This document shows positions 19,469 through 30,740 of a stretch of 64,000 bases of DNA, one piece after another. The notes below the pieces were generated by a model. The model was not told the DNA's origin. It saw nothing but the letters and a program-made list of their open reading frames with translations, and ran no database searches. How positions within the stretch are numbered: position 1 is the first letter of the stretch; each line of letters opens with the position of its first letter. The DNA is from an uncultured delta proteobacterium (GTDB lineage Bacteria; Desulfobacterota; Binatia; UBA9968). The stretch lies in NCBI GenBank assembly GCA_963745035.1, contig CAVUVW010000002.1:64001-128000 (forward strand). Reading direction: 5' to 3'. Position numbers and translations under genes: made by a program.

Positions 19469-20470
19469 TTCCCGTAGACCTTATCGATAAATCCCTCCTT
19501 CTCCAGCTCCCGCACCACGCTGTCGTCGATGAGGCTGTCCACCGTCACTTTGCTACCCGATGCTTGCTTTAGGGCGTCGTCGAGCTGGATCTTCATGCCT
19601 TCCCGCGTCGTGTAGGGCACGCGTTCGAGGATCTTCACCGTCGAATCGTAGGAACTGTCGAGATAGGCTTTGTTGGCGGTGCGCTGATACTTGGCGACGA
19701 TTTTCTGCGCGCCTTCTTTGTTGGTCTTGAAGTAATGCGAGCCTTCGATCAGCGACATCATCACCCGTTTCACCATTCCACGATTCTTCGCCAGATAGCT
19801 CTTGGTTGTCACCGCGCAGATAAACGGCAGTGGGTAAGGTTTCTTCGAGTCCGCCATGTTGGCGAGGATGCGATAGGGAACGCCGGCAGGAGTCAGATGC
19901 ACGTTGCCGGGAGGAGATGGAAATCCCGCAATCACGCCGCGGCTGAACCCGGCCGCCCGCTCCGCCGCGCCGCCGACTTGCAGGATCTTCACGTCGTCCA
20001 TCGGCCGCAGCCCCAAGCCTCTTAACAGTTCTCGCGCAGCGACGTCCGAGACGCTGCCGAAGCGGCTGATGCCGATCGCTTTACCCTTCAAGTCCTCCGC
20101 CGTCTTGATGCTGTCGAGAACCACCAGCTCATAAGCCAGCACGTTGATCATACAGCCGACGCTTACCGTGTCGGCCCCCCTCACGTTGGCATTGGCAACG
20201 CCGCTTCCCGCTGCGTTGCCGATCTGAATATCCTGCGCGACGATCGCCGAGATGCCGACCGTCGTGCTGCCGATATAAACCATATCCACGTCCAGGCCGT
20301 TCTTCTTATAAAAACCCGCTTCCAGCGGAATCGTCCAGAGCTGGTTCAGCGTGTCCGTGGAGCTGTACGCGATCCTTATCTTGTCCTGCGCCCGCGCCGT
20401 CCCAACCGAAATCAACATCAACAGAACCGCAAGCAAAAAACTTTCGCCGACGGTATTCGTTGCCTGTCAT
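19465..20470 (-). CDS. ABC transporter substrate-binding protein (NMT1/THI5-like)
   Basis: GFYKKNGLDV and IKTAEDLKGKAIGISRFGS; ATG 20470 with GGAGG RBS needs a 1-nt frameshift in the signal peptide. Confidence 0.88.
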
Positions 20471-20491
20471 GATCCCTCCCCTATCTCTGAC

Positions 20492-22785
20492 TCACGCCTC
20501 TCGCCTCGAGCCTCGCGCCTTCTTCACTGTTGCCTGTTGCCTAATGCCCATTGCCTTCTTCAATTCCCGATACACCCTTTCAGCCGTCGCTGGAATTTCG
20601 AAAAGCCGCACGCCGCAGGCGTCCTGGATCGCGTTGGCGATAGCGGCGGGCGGGCTCACGTTGGCATGCTCGCCGATGCCTTTGGCCTCGTACGGCCCGG
20701 GACCGTTTTGGCCTTTGACCAAAATAGTTTTGAACCGCGGAATGTCGACGATGTTGGGTATCTTGTATTCACCCAAGTTCGTTGTGGTGATTTTTCCCTG
20801 GTCATCGATCAGTTCTTCCATCAGACCCGAGCCGATCGCCATGATCGCCTCGCCGTCGATCTGGCCTTGATGGCCGAGCGGATTGATGATCGTGCCAACG
20901 TCGTGGGCGGAAACAAAATTGCGCAGCTTCACACGGCCGGTTTCCGGATCGACTTCCACTTCCGCCACCTGGGCGACAAACGACGTCGACGAGCCTTTGC
21001 GCGGCACTTCGGTATCGACGCTGACGGTGACCGGACCGCCGTTGGCTCTCACGACTTCGCCCAACGTGAGCGCCTTGCCTTTGCCGCCTTGAGCCGAGAA
21101 TTTCCCGCTCTTGTACACGACCTGATCGTCGGCGCAGCCGAGCATCTGCGCCGCGTGGGCGCTGAGTTTTTTGCGCAGCTCGGCGCTCGCCTGGTACGCC
21201 GCGGCGCTGTTGATATTGGTCGAGCGGCTGCCGCCGAAGCCGACGTCAACGCTGTACGACACATCCGAGGTGCTGCCGATGCGGCAGCGCACTTGCTCGT
21301 AGGGTACGCCCATCTCCGCGGCAACGGTCTGACAGAGAATGGTTTGCAACCCGGTGCCCTGATCACCGGCGACGGTGAATACCGTCAAAGTTCCGTCCGG
21401 CTCAGCCGTCAAATTCACCCAGACTTTGCCCGCGCCGGTGCCGCGCTCGTACATGGCGACACCCCGGCCGACGTTGGCGCGTTTCGGCTGCTGCCATCCC
21501 GCCGCGTCGAGCGCCGCCTGCAATGTCTCTTTCGCTTTCACACCACCCCAGGTTTTGCCCAGCGCATTGACTTCGCCCTCGCCGACTAGGTTTATCTGGC
21601 GAAACTTCGCCGGATCCATCTTGAGCTCGCGCGCGATCAAGTCCATGTGCGACTCCGAGGCAAACACAGCTTGAATGGCGCCGGGTGCGCGCCAAAAACC
21701 GCACGGCACGGTATTCGTGTAAACCTGCAGCGCTTCCATATAAGTGTTATCGATGCGGTAGGGCGTCGCCGAACCGGCGCCGCCGATGCTGGCGCGTCCC
21801 GGCTTCATGCCAGCGTAGGCGCCGGTGCCGTGAATCGCTTGCAGATAGCGCGCCGTCATTGTGCCGTCGCGCTTCACGCCCGTCTTCACCTTGACGACGG
21901 TGTAATGATCGGGATTCATCGCCATCAGCTCTTCGGTATGCGTCAGGAGAATTTTCACCGGCTGCTTGGCTTGGCGCGCCAGGAAATAGCAGATCGGCAA
22001 CTCGCCGGCGCCGCTCTTGCCGCCGAAGTCGGCGCCGACATGGACGGCGTGAATGCGAATCTGACTGGGCGCGATGCCCGCCGCCTTGGCGAACTGCGCG
22101 CGCGTTCCGAACGGGCCCTTGGTCGATGACCAGGCGTCCACCGAGCCATCGTCGTTGATCTTGACCAAGAACGATTGTGGCTCGAGATAGCCCTGATGAT
22201 GAATCGGAACGCGAAACGTATGCTCGAGCACCAGATCCGCTTCGGCGAAGCCCTTTTCAATGTCGCCCTTGCCCCACGTCAGTTTGTTGAGCACGTTGCC
22301 GCCCGCTGCTTCCATGATATCCGCGGGAGCGCCCTCATAACTTGGCGCATCATCGTGCAAGATCGGCGCGCCGGGTTTCATCGCTTCGAGAACGTCGAAT
22401 ACCGCTGGCAGCTCTTCGTATTCGACTTCGATGAGATTATCGCCTCTTCGGCGGCGTCGCGGCTCTCGGCCGCCACGGCAGCAACTTTGTCGCCGATGTA
22501 GCGCACCTTGTCCCAGCACAGCACGGGAATGTCGCGAATGCTTTTGCCCTGATAATGGTTGGGCTCGTCTTTGCCCGTAACGATCGCTTTAACGCCCGCC
22601 ACTTGCCGTGCCTTCGAAGTATCGATGCTCTTGATGCGCGCATGCGGATACGGACTGCGCAGAATCTTGCCCCACAGTGTGCCGGGCAAATGCACATCGG
22701 CGCCGTAAGCCGCCAGGCCGCTCACCTTCTCCGCGCCTTCCACCCGCCCCACGGCTGCACCGATGATCGACGATGGGTTCGCCAT
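20492..22785 (-). CDS. Xanthine dehydrogenase family molybdopterin-binding subunit (frameshift near 22435)
   Basis: ILRSPYPHARI, GADFGGK, RAPG, GGSRS, HDVGTIINP, GPYEAKGIGE; two track ORFs join with one base. Confidence 0.9.
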
Positions 22786-22839
22786 TAGAGATTCTCCTTT
22801 TTCTGCTTCTGTACTAGTCTACTCTGAAGAGGTCCTAAC

Positions 22840-22936
22840 CGTTCAAGTCGTTCAAATCGTGTCCGGACAATTTGAACGGAGCGCAGCGGTTGAACGGACC
22901 CCGGACTTGATCCGGGGGATTGAACGTTTTGAACAA
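22840..22936. repeat. 9-mer inverted REP-like element with inner CCCCGGA-CTTGA-TCCGGGG hairpin
   Basis: GTTCAA/TTGAAC arms; exact reverse-complement matches to 13316-13343 and 13370-13389. Confidence 0.8.
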
Positions 22937-23523
22937 CCCCAAACACTCCGCCCACTGCCGCGCCTGCAAAGAGCGCGTGCGCCAATTGCTGACCGCGATT
23001 TTCGGCGAATGCCGGGTCGATCATCAATTTCCCTGGCCGGCCCGCCCGCAGGACTATGCGGGCACGGCTATCGGCGATACCCTGGAGCTGATCCGCGGCG
23101 CCCTCGCCGCGTGGCGCGACCATCGCGATTTCATCAAGAGCGCGCAAGTTCCGCCCTGCGATTTTTACGTTTCAGACCCGCCTTTTATCTTAGAATTCGA
23201 CGAGAGCCAACACTTCTCCCGGGCGCGCGGCATCGCCCTGGAGCTCTATCCCGAAACGTTTGCGGTGAATTTTTCACTGGCGCGTTGGCGCGCGTTATGT
23301 CGCGAAATTAACGCGGTGGACGATGAGCCCATTGATCGCGACGAGCGCCGCGCGTGGTACGACACACTTGCGCGACTTGGCGCCGATCGTTTACGGATTC
23401 AAACCGACGGTCAGGCTCTACGCGGGAGACTACGACTGGTGCCGGCTTGATGCGACGGACGAAAGCCATCTCAGCACTTTTAAAGAATTTTTGCCTTTTG
23501 GCCTAACCGACGGCCGCGCTTGA
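22920..23523 (+). CDS. Hypothetical protein, possible PD-(D/E)XK nuclease-like (frameshift near 23370)
   Basis: CDF..... ILEFDESQHF and RRAWYDTLRDL after joining frames; HCxxC near N-terminus; start uncertain. Confidence 0.55.
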
Positions 23524-23732
23524 ATTGCCGGATCACTGCGGATTTCCTCACTTTTTCACGTAAGGCGAGTGGCCTTTGCCGCGACGGCGCTGCGTTTGTG
23601 CGCCATGCGAATACTTTTGCCCGCTGGGTCGTATCAAGTTCAGACGGAGTGGATCTGGGCAAGCGTGATGTCTTTGTTCCGCGGCGGGCGATGTGATTCT
23701 ATGAATAAGCAGCATCTTCCAACACCGATCGT

Positions 23733-24288
23733 ATGGCGGCCGGCTGGGCTGAAAAACAAGACCACGAACTGCTCGCGCTCGTTCAGGACGGCAATGGCCA
23801 CGCCTTTGCCGTCCTCGTCGAGCGCCACAGCGAACGCTTCTACCGGCTCGCCTATCGGTATCTGCAAAGCAAGGAAGCCGCCGAAGACGTGGTCCAGGAC
23901 GCGTTCGTCAAGCTATGGGAAAACCCGGCGCTCTGGCAGCCGGCGCGAAACAGCAAATTCACTACTTGGTTTTACCGCATCGTGGTGAATCTATGTCTCG
24001 ATCTGCGCAAGAAGAAAAAGCCCGAGGCGCTGGAGAACGATGCGCTCGTCGCCGATGAGCGCGAGCCGGTGGACGAAGTGATGATACGCGCCCAAGAGCA
24101 AAAAATATTGGAGCGGGAAATCGCCGCCTTGCCCGAGCGCCAGCGCATGGCGCTCAGTCTTTGCTTCGACGAGGAATTGACCAATCAGGAGGCGGCGGAA
24201 GTGATGGGCGTTGAATCTCAAAGCGCTTCAGTCCTTGATCATGCGCGCGAAAACGACTTTGAAAGAACGCATGAAAGCACATTTGTGA
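23733..24288 (+). CDS. ECF sigma-70 factor (frameshift near 24212)
   Basis: AEDVVQDAF, FTTWFYRIVVNLC, LPERQR; corrected end VNLKALQSLIMRAKTTLKERMKAHL*. Confidence 0.9.
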
Positions 24289-24295
24289 GGTGGTT

Positions 24296-24610
24296 ATGAG
24301 CGATCACCACGACGAAAAACTGGATCATCTGCTGCGCTCGCGCCGGGTCGAGCCCGCCGGCGCCGATCTGGCGCAGCGGATTATCTTGACCGCGCGGCAA
24401 CTGCCGCAGAACAAACCTCTGCCGCTCTGGCAATCGGTGCGCGATCTTTTCAGCGAATTCCATCTGCCCAAGCCGGCGTACGTGCTCGCCAGCGCGTTAA
24501 TCGTGGGCATGGTGATCGGCTTCAATGCGCCACCCGACGCCGATCTGGCCGCCGATGACGGCGGCGCGGCGATTCAGAGCTTCTTGTCGGCCGATGAGGC
24601 GCTGTTATGA
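24296..24610 (+). CDS. Putative single-TM anti-sigma factor
   Basis: Follows the ECF sigma; LAQRII helix and one TM. Confidence 0.65.
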   Translation: MSDHHDEKLDHLLRSRRVEPAGADLAQRIILTARQLPQNKPLPLWQSVRDLFSEFHLPKPAYVLASALIVGMVIGFNAPPDADLAADDGGAAIQSFLSADEALL

Positions 24611-25041
24611 GCAAAGCCGCAAAATTGACCTTTGTCGCATCCCTGGTGCTGAACCTTCTTTTGCTCGGCGTCATGCTCGGTCAGGTGCCGCGCGCGTCGA
24701 CTCCAGCGCCGGGGCGCCAGCAGCGGATGGAAGAGGCGCTCAAGAAAGTGCCCGAGCCGACGCGGTCGCGCTTTCGCGATAAGTTCGCCGAAATCCGCGC
24801 CACCGGCGATCCCCTGCGCCGGCAAATCGACGAGGCGCGCGCCGAGACGCTGCGGCTGCTTAGCACCGAGCCCTTCGATGAAGCGGCCTATGACCGCCAA
24901 GTCCGAAAGATCGAGGAGTTACGGGCCGAGATGTTCAAAAACATGGGACAACTGATCAGACAGACGGCCAGGGAGCTCTCGCCGGAGGAGCGGCGCATGC
25001 TCGCCGATGTTTTGCGCCGCCCCGCCTCGCCTCCCAAGTAA
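24607..25041 (+). CDS. Periplasmic heavy-metal sensor (Spy/CpxP/ZraP-like)
   Basis: SLVLNLLLLG anchor, helical body, EPFD and LSPEER motifs. Confidence 0.8.
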   Translation: MSKAAKLTFVASLVLNLLLLGVMLGQVPRASTPAPGRQQRMEEALKKVPEPTRSRFRDKFAEIRATGDPLRRQIDEARAETLRLLSTEPFDEAAYDRQVRKIEELRAEMFKNMGQLIRQTARELSPEERRMLADVLRRPASPPK

Positions 25042-25087
25042 AACGAAGGAATCGCAGGAGCGAGGGGGAGTTTTGACCCCGTCGATA

Positions 25088-25116
25088 AGCGCCGGAAAAC
25101 CCGGCGCTTTTTTTTC
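25088..25116 (+). terminator. Intrinsic terminator/attenuator
   Basis: AGCGCCGG-AAAAC-CCGGCGCT followed by a T-run, between the sensor gene and macA. Confidence 0.7.
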
Positions 25117-25190
25117 GCCCGGCGCAGCGAAGACTCATCCCCGATCGCTCGTATCAATCAGTGACAACTGTCGAAAAGAGGCAAACAGAC

Positions 25191-26417
25191 ATGAACTGGA
25201 AACTATCCTTGCCCAAAACCTCCAAGAAGCTCGTCGGCATCCTCACCACCGCGGCGGTCGTCGCCGGCGGCTGGTATTGGTACGGCGCCGCGGCGCAGAG
25301 TCGTCAACAAGACAGCGCGCACCCGATCGCGATCACACGCGGCACAATTGAGGAAGTCGTCACCTCGCAGGGCAAGCTCGAAGCCAAACAATACGTCGAC
25401 GTCGGCACTCAGGTTTCCGGCCAGCTCAAAATCATCCATGTTGACATCGGCGACACGGTCGCCAAGGGCCAACTGCTCGCCGAGATCGATCCGCGGGTCT
25501 ACCAGGCCCAGGTCGAAGCGGGCGAAGCGCGTTTGAACAGCCTGCGCGCCCAGCTCAATCAGCAGAAAGCCGAGGCGGTTTTGGCCGAACAGAATTTGAA
25601 GCGCAACCAGAATTTGATCGCCGTGGATGCCGTCAGCAAACAGGCGCTGCAGGAGACCGAATCCCAGGCCGCCGTGGCCAGGGCCCAGGTGGATTCCATC
25701 GCCGCGCAGATTCAGGAAACCGAGTCCAATCTCAAAGGCAGCCGGACCAATTTGAGCTACACAAAAATCTACGCGCCGGTGGCGGGCACGGTGACGACCT
25801 TGCCGACGAAGGAAGGCCAGACGCTCAACGCCAATCAGACCGCGCCGACGATCATGCAGGTCGCCAATCTCGACGTGATGACCGTGCGCGCCCAGGTCGC
25901 CGAAGCGGATGTCAATCGCCTGAAGGAAGGCATGCCGGCCTATTTCACCACCCTGGGCGACAGCGAGCGGCGCTGGCAAGGCAAGGTGCGCCAGATCCAG
26001 CCGTCGCCGCAGATCGTCAACGACGTGGTGCTATACGACGTGTTGATCGACGTGAACAACGAAGGGCGGCGGCTGATGACCGGCATGACCACCCAGGTGT
26101 TCTTCATGCTCGGCAAGGCGGAGAACGCGGTGATCGTGCCCGCCGAAGTGCTCACCCGGCGCGCGGCGCGAGAAGACAACGAGAAGGGCAAGGCCTATCG
26201 CGTCACCGTCGCGGCGGGCGAGAAAGGACGCGAGCAGCGGCTGATTCACGTCGGCCTGCAGACGCGCGCCCAGGCGGAAGTCATCGACGGATTGCAGGAA
26301 GGCGAGCGGATCATCTTGAATCGGCCGGCCTCAGGTGCGACTCGGACCGCCAATAGCCAGCAGCCGGGAAACAATCGGCCCAACCCGCAGCGCTTCAACC
26401 GCGGCCCGCAGCTCTAA
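25191..26417 (+). CDS. macA: MacA-like efflux periplasmic adaptor
   Basis: VDVGTQVSGQ, TKIYAP..GTV, EGQTLNA, VAEADV. Confidence 0.88.
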   Translation: MNWKLSLPKTSKKLVGILTTAAVVAGGWYWYGAAAQSRQQDSAHPIAITRGTIEEVVTSQGKLEAKQYVDVGTQVSGQLKIIHVDIGDTVAKGQLLAEIDPRVYQAQVEAGEARLNSLRAQLNQQKAEAVLAEQNLKRNQNLIAVDAVSKQALQETESQAAVARAQVDSIAAQIQETESNLKGSRTNLSYTKIYAPVAGTVTTLPTKEGQTLNANQTAPTIMQVANLDVMTVRAQVAEADVNRLKEGMPAYFTTLGDSERRWQGKVRQIQPSPQIVNDVVLYDVLIDVNNEGRRLMTGMTTQVFFMLGKAENAVIVPAEVLTRRAAREDNEKGKAYRVTVAAGEKGREQRLIHVGLQTRAQAEVIDGLQEGERIILNRPASGATRTANSQQPGNNRPNPQRFNRGPQL

Positions 26418-26432
26418 CCGAGGTCCCTCATC

Positions 26433-28367
26433 ATGACCATCCTCGAACTGACCGACATTCAGAAGCACTACAAGAACGGCGACACTGTCGTGCGCGCCCT
26501 TGACGGTGTTTCACTAACGATCAAGCGCGGCGAGTTTGTCGCGATCATGGGGCAGTCCGGCTCGGGCAAATCGACATTGATGAACATCATCGGCTGCCTG
26601 GATCGGCCGACTTCGGGGAGCTACCGCGTGCTGGGCAAGGAGGCGGCGAACCTTTCAGCCGATGAATTGGCCGCGCTCCGGCGCGAAACCTTCGGCTTTG
26701 TCTTTCAGAAGTACAACCTGCTCGCCACCGCCACGGCGGGAGAGAACGTCGAGATTCCTTCAGTCTACGCGGGGCTCGCCAAGCACAAGCGCGCCGAGCG
26801 CGCCGTCGGCCTGCTCCGCCGTCTCGGACTTGGCGACCGCACCGATCATCGTCCGTCAGAACTTTCCGGCGGGCAGCAGCAGCGCGTGGCGATCGCGCGC
26901 GCGCTGGTGAACGACCCGCCGGTGATTCTCGCCGACGAGCCCACCGGCGCGCTCGATTCGCGGAGCGGCGATGAAGTGCTCGCGCTCTTGAAGCAGCTCC
27001 ACGCCGAAGGACGGACGATCATACTGATCACCCACGCCGAGAACGTCGCTCAGCACGCGAGCCGCATCGTGCGCATTCAAGACGGTCGCATTCTCGAAGA
27101 CAGCAGCGCCGCGTGCGGCGCGGCGGCCGCTTCGGCGGCGCAGGAAGACTACGATCTCAGCCGCGGCGTCACGCTTGCGGCGAGCGTCCAGGAAGCGCTG
27201 GTCACCGCCTGGCGTTCGCTGCGCGTCAATATTTTCCGCACCGTGCTAACACTGCTCGGCATCATCATCGGCGTCGCGGCAGTAGTAGCGATGCTCGCGG
27301 TGGGCGAAGGCAGCCGGCAAAAAGTGCTCGACCGTATCAGCTCCTTCGGGACCAATTTGATGCTGATTCGACCCGGCGCCGCCGGCATTCGCAACGCCGG
27401 CGATATCGCCACTCTCGTGCCAGAGGACGCCGCCGCGCTCAAAACCTTGCCCAATATCGAAGCCGCTCTGCCCGAGCGCAGCACGCGGACGACGGTGCGC
27501 TTCGGCAGCATCGACTATCAAACCTCGGTCCAGGGCACCGGTGAAGATTTTCCCAAGGCGCGCGACTGGCCGGTCGCCGAGGGGCAGTTTTTCAACGCCG
27601 ACGACATGAAGCAGTACGCCGCGGTCGTCGTGCTCGGCCGCACGGTGGCGAAGACGCTCTTTCCCGACGGCGGCAGCCCCATCGGCAAATACGTGCTGAT
27701 GCGCAACGTGCCGTTCCTCGTGATCGGCGTGATGACCGAAAAAGGCGCCTCGCCCAACGGCAGCGATCAGGACGATGTGATCTTCGTGCCGATCAACACC
27801 GGTTTGGTCCGGCTGTTCGGCAGAAGCTATCTGAGCAGCATCACGGTCAAGGTCAAGGACTCGGCCGATATCGCGGCCACCCAGGAAAGCGTCGAAGCTT
27901 TGCTGCGGGCGCGACATAAGAGCGAGGACTTCAGCGTGCGCAACATGGCGTCGTTTCTCCAGGCGGCGATGGAAACCCAGGACACCTTCACCTTGCTGCT
28001 CGGCACGGTGGCGGCGATCTCGCTGCTCGTCGGCGGCATCGGCGTCATGAACATCATGCTCGTGAGCGTGGTCGAGCGCACCCGCGAGATCGGCATCCGC
28101 ATGGCCACCGGCGCGCGCATGCGCGACATCTTGCTGCAGTTCAACATCGAAGCCGCGGTGGTCTGCGCCGCCGGCGGCATTTTGGGCATCCTGGTCGGCG
28201 TCGGCGCGGGTTTGGTCCTCCGCTATACCGGCATGTCTGTGATTTTCTCTGTGACACCGGCCGTGCTCGCCTTTGTCTGCGCGTCGGCGACCGGCCTGAT
28301 TTTCGGATACCTGCCGGCGCGCAAAGCCGCCCAGCTCGATCCGGTCATCGCGCTGGCTTCGGAGTGA
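26433..28367 (+). CDS. macB: MacB-like ABC ATPase-permease fusion
   Basis: [41 protein letters not shown]. Confidence 0.93.
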   Translation: MTILELTDIQKHYKNGDTVVRALDGVSLTIKRGEFVAIMGQSGSGKSTLMNIIGCLDRPTSGSYRVLGKEAANLSADELAALRRETFGFVFQKYNLLATATAGENVEIPSVYAGLAKHKRAERAVGLLRRLGLGDRTDHRPSELSGGQQQRVAIARALVNDPPVILADEPTGALDSRSGDEVLALLKQLHAEGRTIILITHAENVAQHASRIVRIQDGRILEDSSAACGAAAASAAQEDYDLSRGVTLAASVQEALVTAWRSLRVNIFRTVLTLLGIIIGVAAVVAMLAVGEGSRQKVLDRISSFGTNLMLIRPGAAGIRNAGDIATLVPEDAAALKTLPNIEAALPERSTRTTVRFGSIDYQTSVQGTGEDFPKARDWPVAEGQFFNADDMKQYAAVVVLGRTVAKTLFPDGGSPIGKYVLMRNVPFLVIGVMTEKGASPNGSDQDDVIFVPINTGLVRLFGRSYLSSITVKVKDSADIAATQESVEALLRARHKSEDFSVRNMASFLQAAMETQDTFTLLLGTVAAISLLVGGIGVMNIMLVSVVERTREIGIRMATGARMRDILLQFNIEAAVVCAAGGILGILVGVGAGLVLRYTGMSVIFSVTPAVLAFVCASATGLIFGYLPARKAAQLDPVIALASE

Positions 28368-28375
28368 GGTAAGCA

Positions 28376-29845
28376 ATGCATAAAACGATACTCGACTTAT
28401 GTCCCGAATCGTCATCTGCCCAGGATCTCGCCGCGGCTGCGTCGATATCCGCTCACCCTGGGCCTGACGAAGGGTTCCGAGCTCCCCGCACGCGCGCTGC
28501 GCGTTTCCCCGCGCTCCTGATGAGCGGCGCGATCGCCTTTGCGCTTTCCGCGTGCAGCCTCGCGCCCAAGTACGAGCAGCCGCCGATGGATATTCCCGGC
28601 GGCTGGTCGAGCGTCCCGGGCGTCGGCGTGGCCGCTGCGCCGAGCGCGACGCCTTTTTGGCGGGAGCTCGGCAGCGCCGAATTAGACGGTTTGATCGAGA
28701 CCGCGCTGGCGGAAAATCGCGACCTCGAAGCCGCGCTCCATCGCATCGATCAGGCGCGCGCCCAGGCAAAAGTCGCCGCCGCGCCGCTCTATCCGACCGT
28801 CAACGCCAGCGGTTCGGGCTCGAAAACTTATCAAGACTCGAAGAATACCGAGTCGCTGCGCGGCGCCGGCAGCATCAGCTACGAGCTCGATCTCTGGGGC
28901 AGAAACCGCAATCAGGCGCTCTCCGCCGGTTACCAGGTCGATGCCACCCGCTTCAATCGCGAGGCGCTGCGTCTGGTCATCACTTCGGACGTGACCAATT
29001 TCTACGCGCTGATCTTGAGCCTCAACGACCGCATCCGCATCGCCGAGTTCAATCTGAAAACCGCCCAGGACATCCTCCGCATCATCGAAGCGCGCTACGC
29101 CCAGGGCGCGGTGTCGGGGCTGGAAGTTTCCCAGCAGCGCGTCGCGGTGAACAATTTTCGCACCGCGCTTGCATCGCTGGTCGAAGCGCGCAGCACCGGC
29201 GCCAATGCGCTGGCGATCCTGCTCGGCAGGGCGCCGCAAAATCTCGGCCTGCCGGGCGGCGAGCTCGCTTCGCTGCACATGCCGCGGATCGATCTGACCC
29301 CGCCCGCGACTTTGCTGACGGCGCGCCCGGACATCCAGAGCATCGAAGCCGTTCTACGCGCCGCCAACGCCGACATCGGCGCGGCCCGCGCGGCGTTCTT
29401 CCCGTCTCTGACCCTGGGCATCGACTCGGCGATCGCCGCCGGCTTTGGCGGCCCGGCCGTCGCGGCGACATCGCTGACGTCGAGCCTACTTGCGCCGATC
29501 TTCACAGGCGGAAGGTTGACGGGCAATCTCGAAAGCGTCACCGCGCGCCAGAGAGAACTGGCGGCGCAGTACCAGCAGACGGTGCTGGTCGCCTTCCAGG
29601 AAGTCGAAGACGCGCTCGCCGCGCTCAAGAGCAACGACGAGCAGGCCGCGCTGTCCCTGGAATCCGTCAAGGAGTCACAGAACGCCTACAATATCGCCAA
29701 GGCGCGCTTCGACGCCGGCGCCATCGACTATCTCACCCTGCTTGAGACCCAGCGCAGCCTTTTCCAGGCGCAGGACGATCAGATCGCGATCAATCAGGGA
29801 CAGCTGCAATCGTTCGTGCAGCTAAGAAAAGCCCTCGGCGCGTAA
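28376..29845 (+). CDS. Outer membrane efflux lipoprotein (NodT/OprM family)
   Basis: Lipobox LSAC, YELDLWG, RPDI...E, AFFP; true start may be the downstream MSGAIAF. Confidence 0.9.
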   Translation: MHKTILDLCPESSSAQDLAAAASISAHPGPDEGFRAPRTRAARFPALLMSGAIAFALSACSLAPKYEQPPMDIPGGWSSVPGVGVAAAPSATPFWRELGSAELDGLIETALAENRDLEAALHRIDQARAQAKVAAAPLYPTVNASGSGSKTYQDSKNTESLRGAGSISYELDLWGRNRNQALSAGYQVDATRFNREALRLVITSDVTNFYALILSLNDRIRIAEFNLKTAQDILRIIEARYAQGAVSGLEVSQQRVAVNNFRTALASLVEARSTGANALAILLGRAPQNLGLPGGELASLHMPRIDLTPPATLLTARPDIQSIEAVLRAANADIGAARAAFFPSLTLGIDSAIAAGFGGPAVAATSLTSSLLAPIFTGGRLTGNLESVTARQRELAAQYQQTVLVAFQEVEDALAALKSNDEQAALSLESVKESQNAYNIAKARFDAGAIDYLTLLETQRSLFQAQDDQIAINQGQLQSFVQLRKALGA

Positions 29846-29894
29846 ACGACCGTGACGCCGTGCTTACTGTGAACTGTTGTTATATGAGGCGTTG

Positions 29895-30167
29895 CTAACC
29901 TTCCACACCGATGGTGCTGCTCGAATTTGCATTTAATTCCTTGGCATCAATCCATCGGCGGGCATTGCACGCGGCAAATTCATCCGCCTCACGTTGCGTG
30001 GAATAGGGGTAACTGAACTGATATTGATGTGATGGAAAATCGATTTTGGCTTGCGTCGTGTCATTCTGCCGGATCAACGTATACTGCGGGATCCAGGTAC
30101 CATTGTTTTCGCGCTGAAACGATTCACACTGGATAAGATAGTTTTTATACAAGACACCATTGTTCAT
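29895..30167 (-). CDS. Small protein, family B (HlyU/PF10115-like pattern)
   Basis: YK.YLI...W.P...EADEFA...A..WID; paralog of 32844-33053 and 37825-38070. Confidence 0.65.
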   Translation of the reverse strand: MNNGVLYKNYLIQCESFQRENNGTWIPQYTLIRQNDTTQAKIDFPSHQYQFSYPYSTQREADEFAACNARRWIDAKELNANSSSTIGVEG

Positions 30168-30252
30168 TTAGCTTTATCTTTCCTATTCAATCCTCGCAGC
30201 TTTAGCGAACCCGGCTATCTTAACCCTCGGCCTAAGCGCTTTACAAAGATTA

Positions 30253-30414
30253 TTAAATCGTTGGCTGCCGGACTGCCGGTTGACTTGGGTTGTCTGTTTC
30301 ATTGGCATCCGGCGACTTTGTTTTCTCCTGGCGCCGCTCCAATTTACGCGCGGTCTTTTTTTGCTGTTTCTCCTTACGTGCTAACGCTTTCTGTCGTTTT
30401 TGAAATGTCTCCAT
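30253..30414 (-). CDS. 53-aa basic protein (METFQKRQKALARKEKQQKK...)
   Basis: Manual translation, AGGAG RBS; not in the ORF track. Confidence 0.65.
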   Translation of the reverse strand: METFQKRQKALARKEKQQKKTARKLERRQEKTKSPDANETDNPSQPAVRQPTI

Positions 30415-30533
30415 GTTTGTCTCCTAACTTGTTAATTTTGATTCGCTATTGTCCATCCTGCGTGGACCTATATGGCGGCGCGTATAGAGGCAAGGCGGGA
30501 TTGGTAGGGCAAAGCCCGCTTAATCGATGATTC

Positions 30534-30695
30534 TCAGATCGTCTGATCAACTGTATAGCGCCGAATTCGATAGATGTCTAACGCCACCAGGGGGTAACAA
30601 TCAGCAAAAAGCTAAATGGATCCACCAACATCCGTATGAGTGAGAAGTCCCGCTGCACCCAGAATCAAAAGCGTCACAAAAATAAGCGATATCAT
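30534..30695 (-). pseudogene. Degenerate lmo0937-like small membrane protein
   Basis: AAGGAGG RBS, MISLIFVTLLIL..AGLLTHTDVGGSI then stop/frameshift. Confidence 0.35.
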
Positions 30696-30740
30696 TTGCC
30701 TCCTTTTGCCTTTATTCCCCTCGCCCGAGCGCGATCCGCG

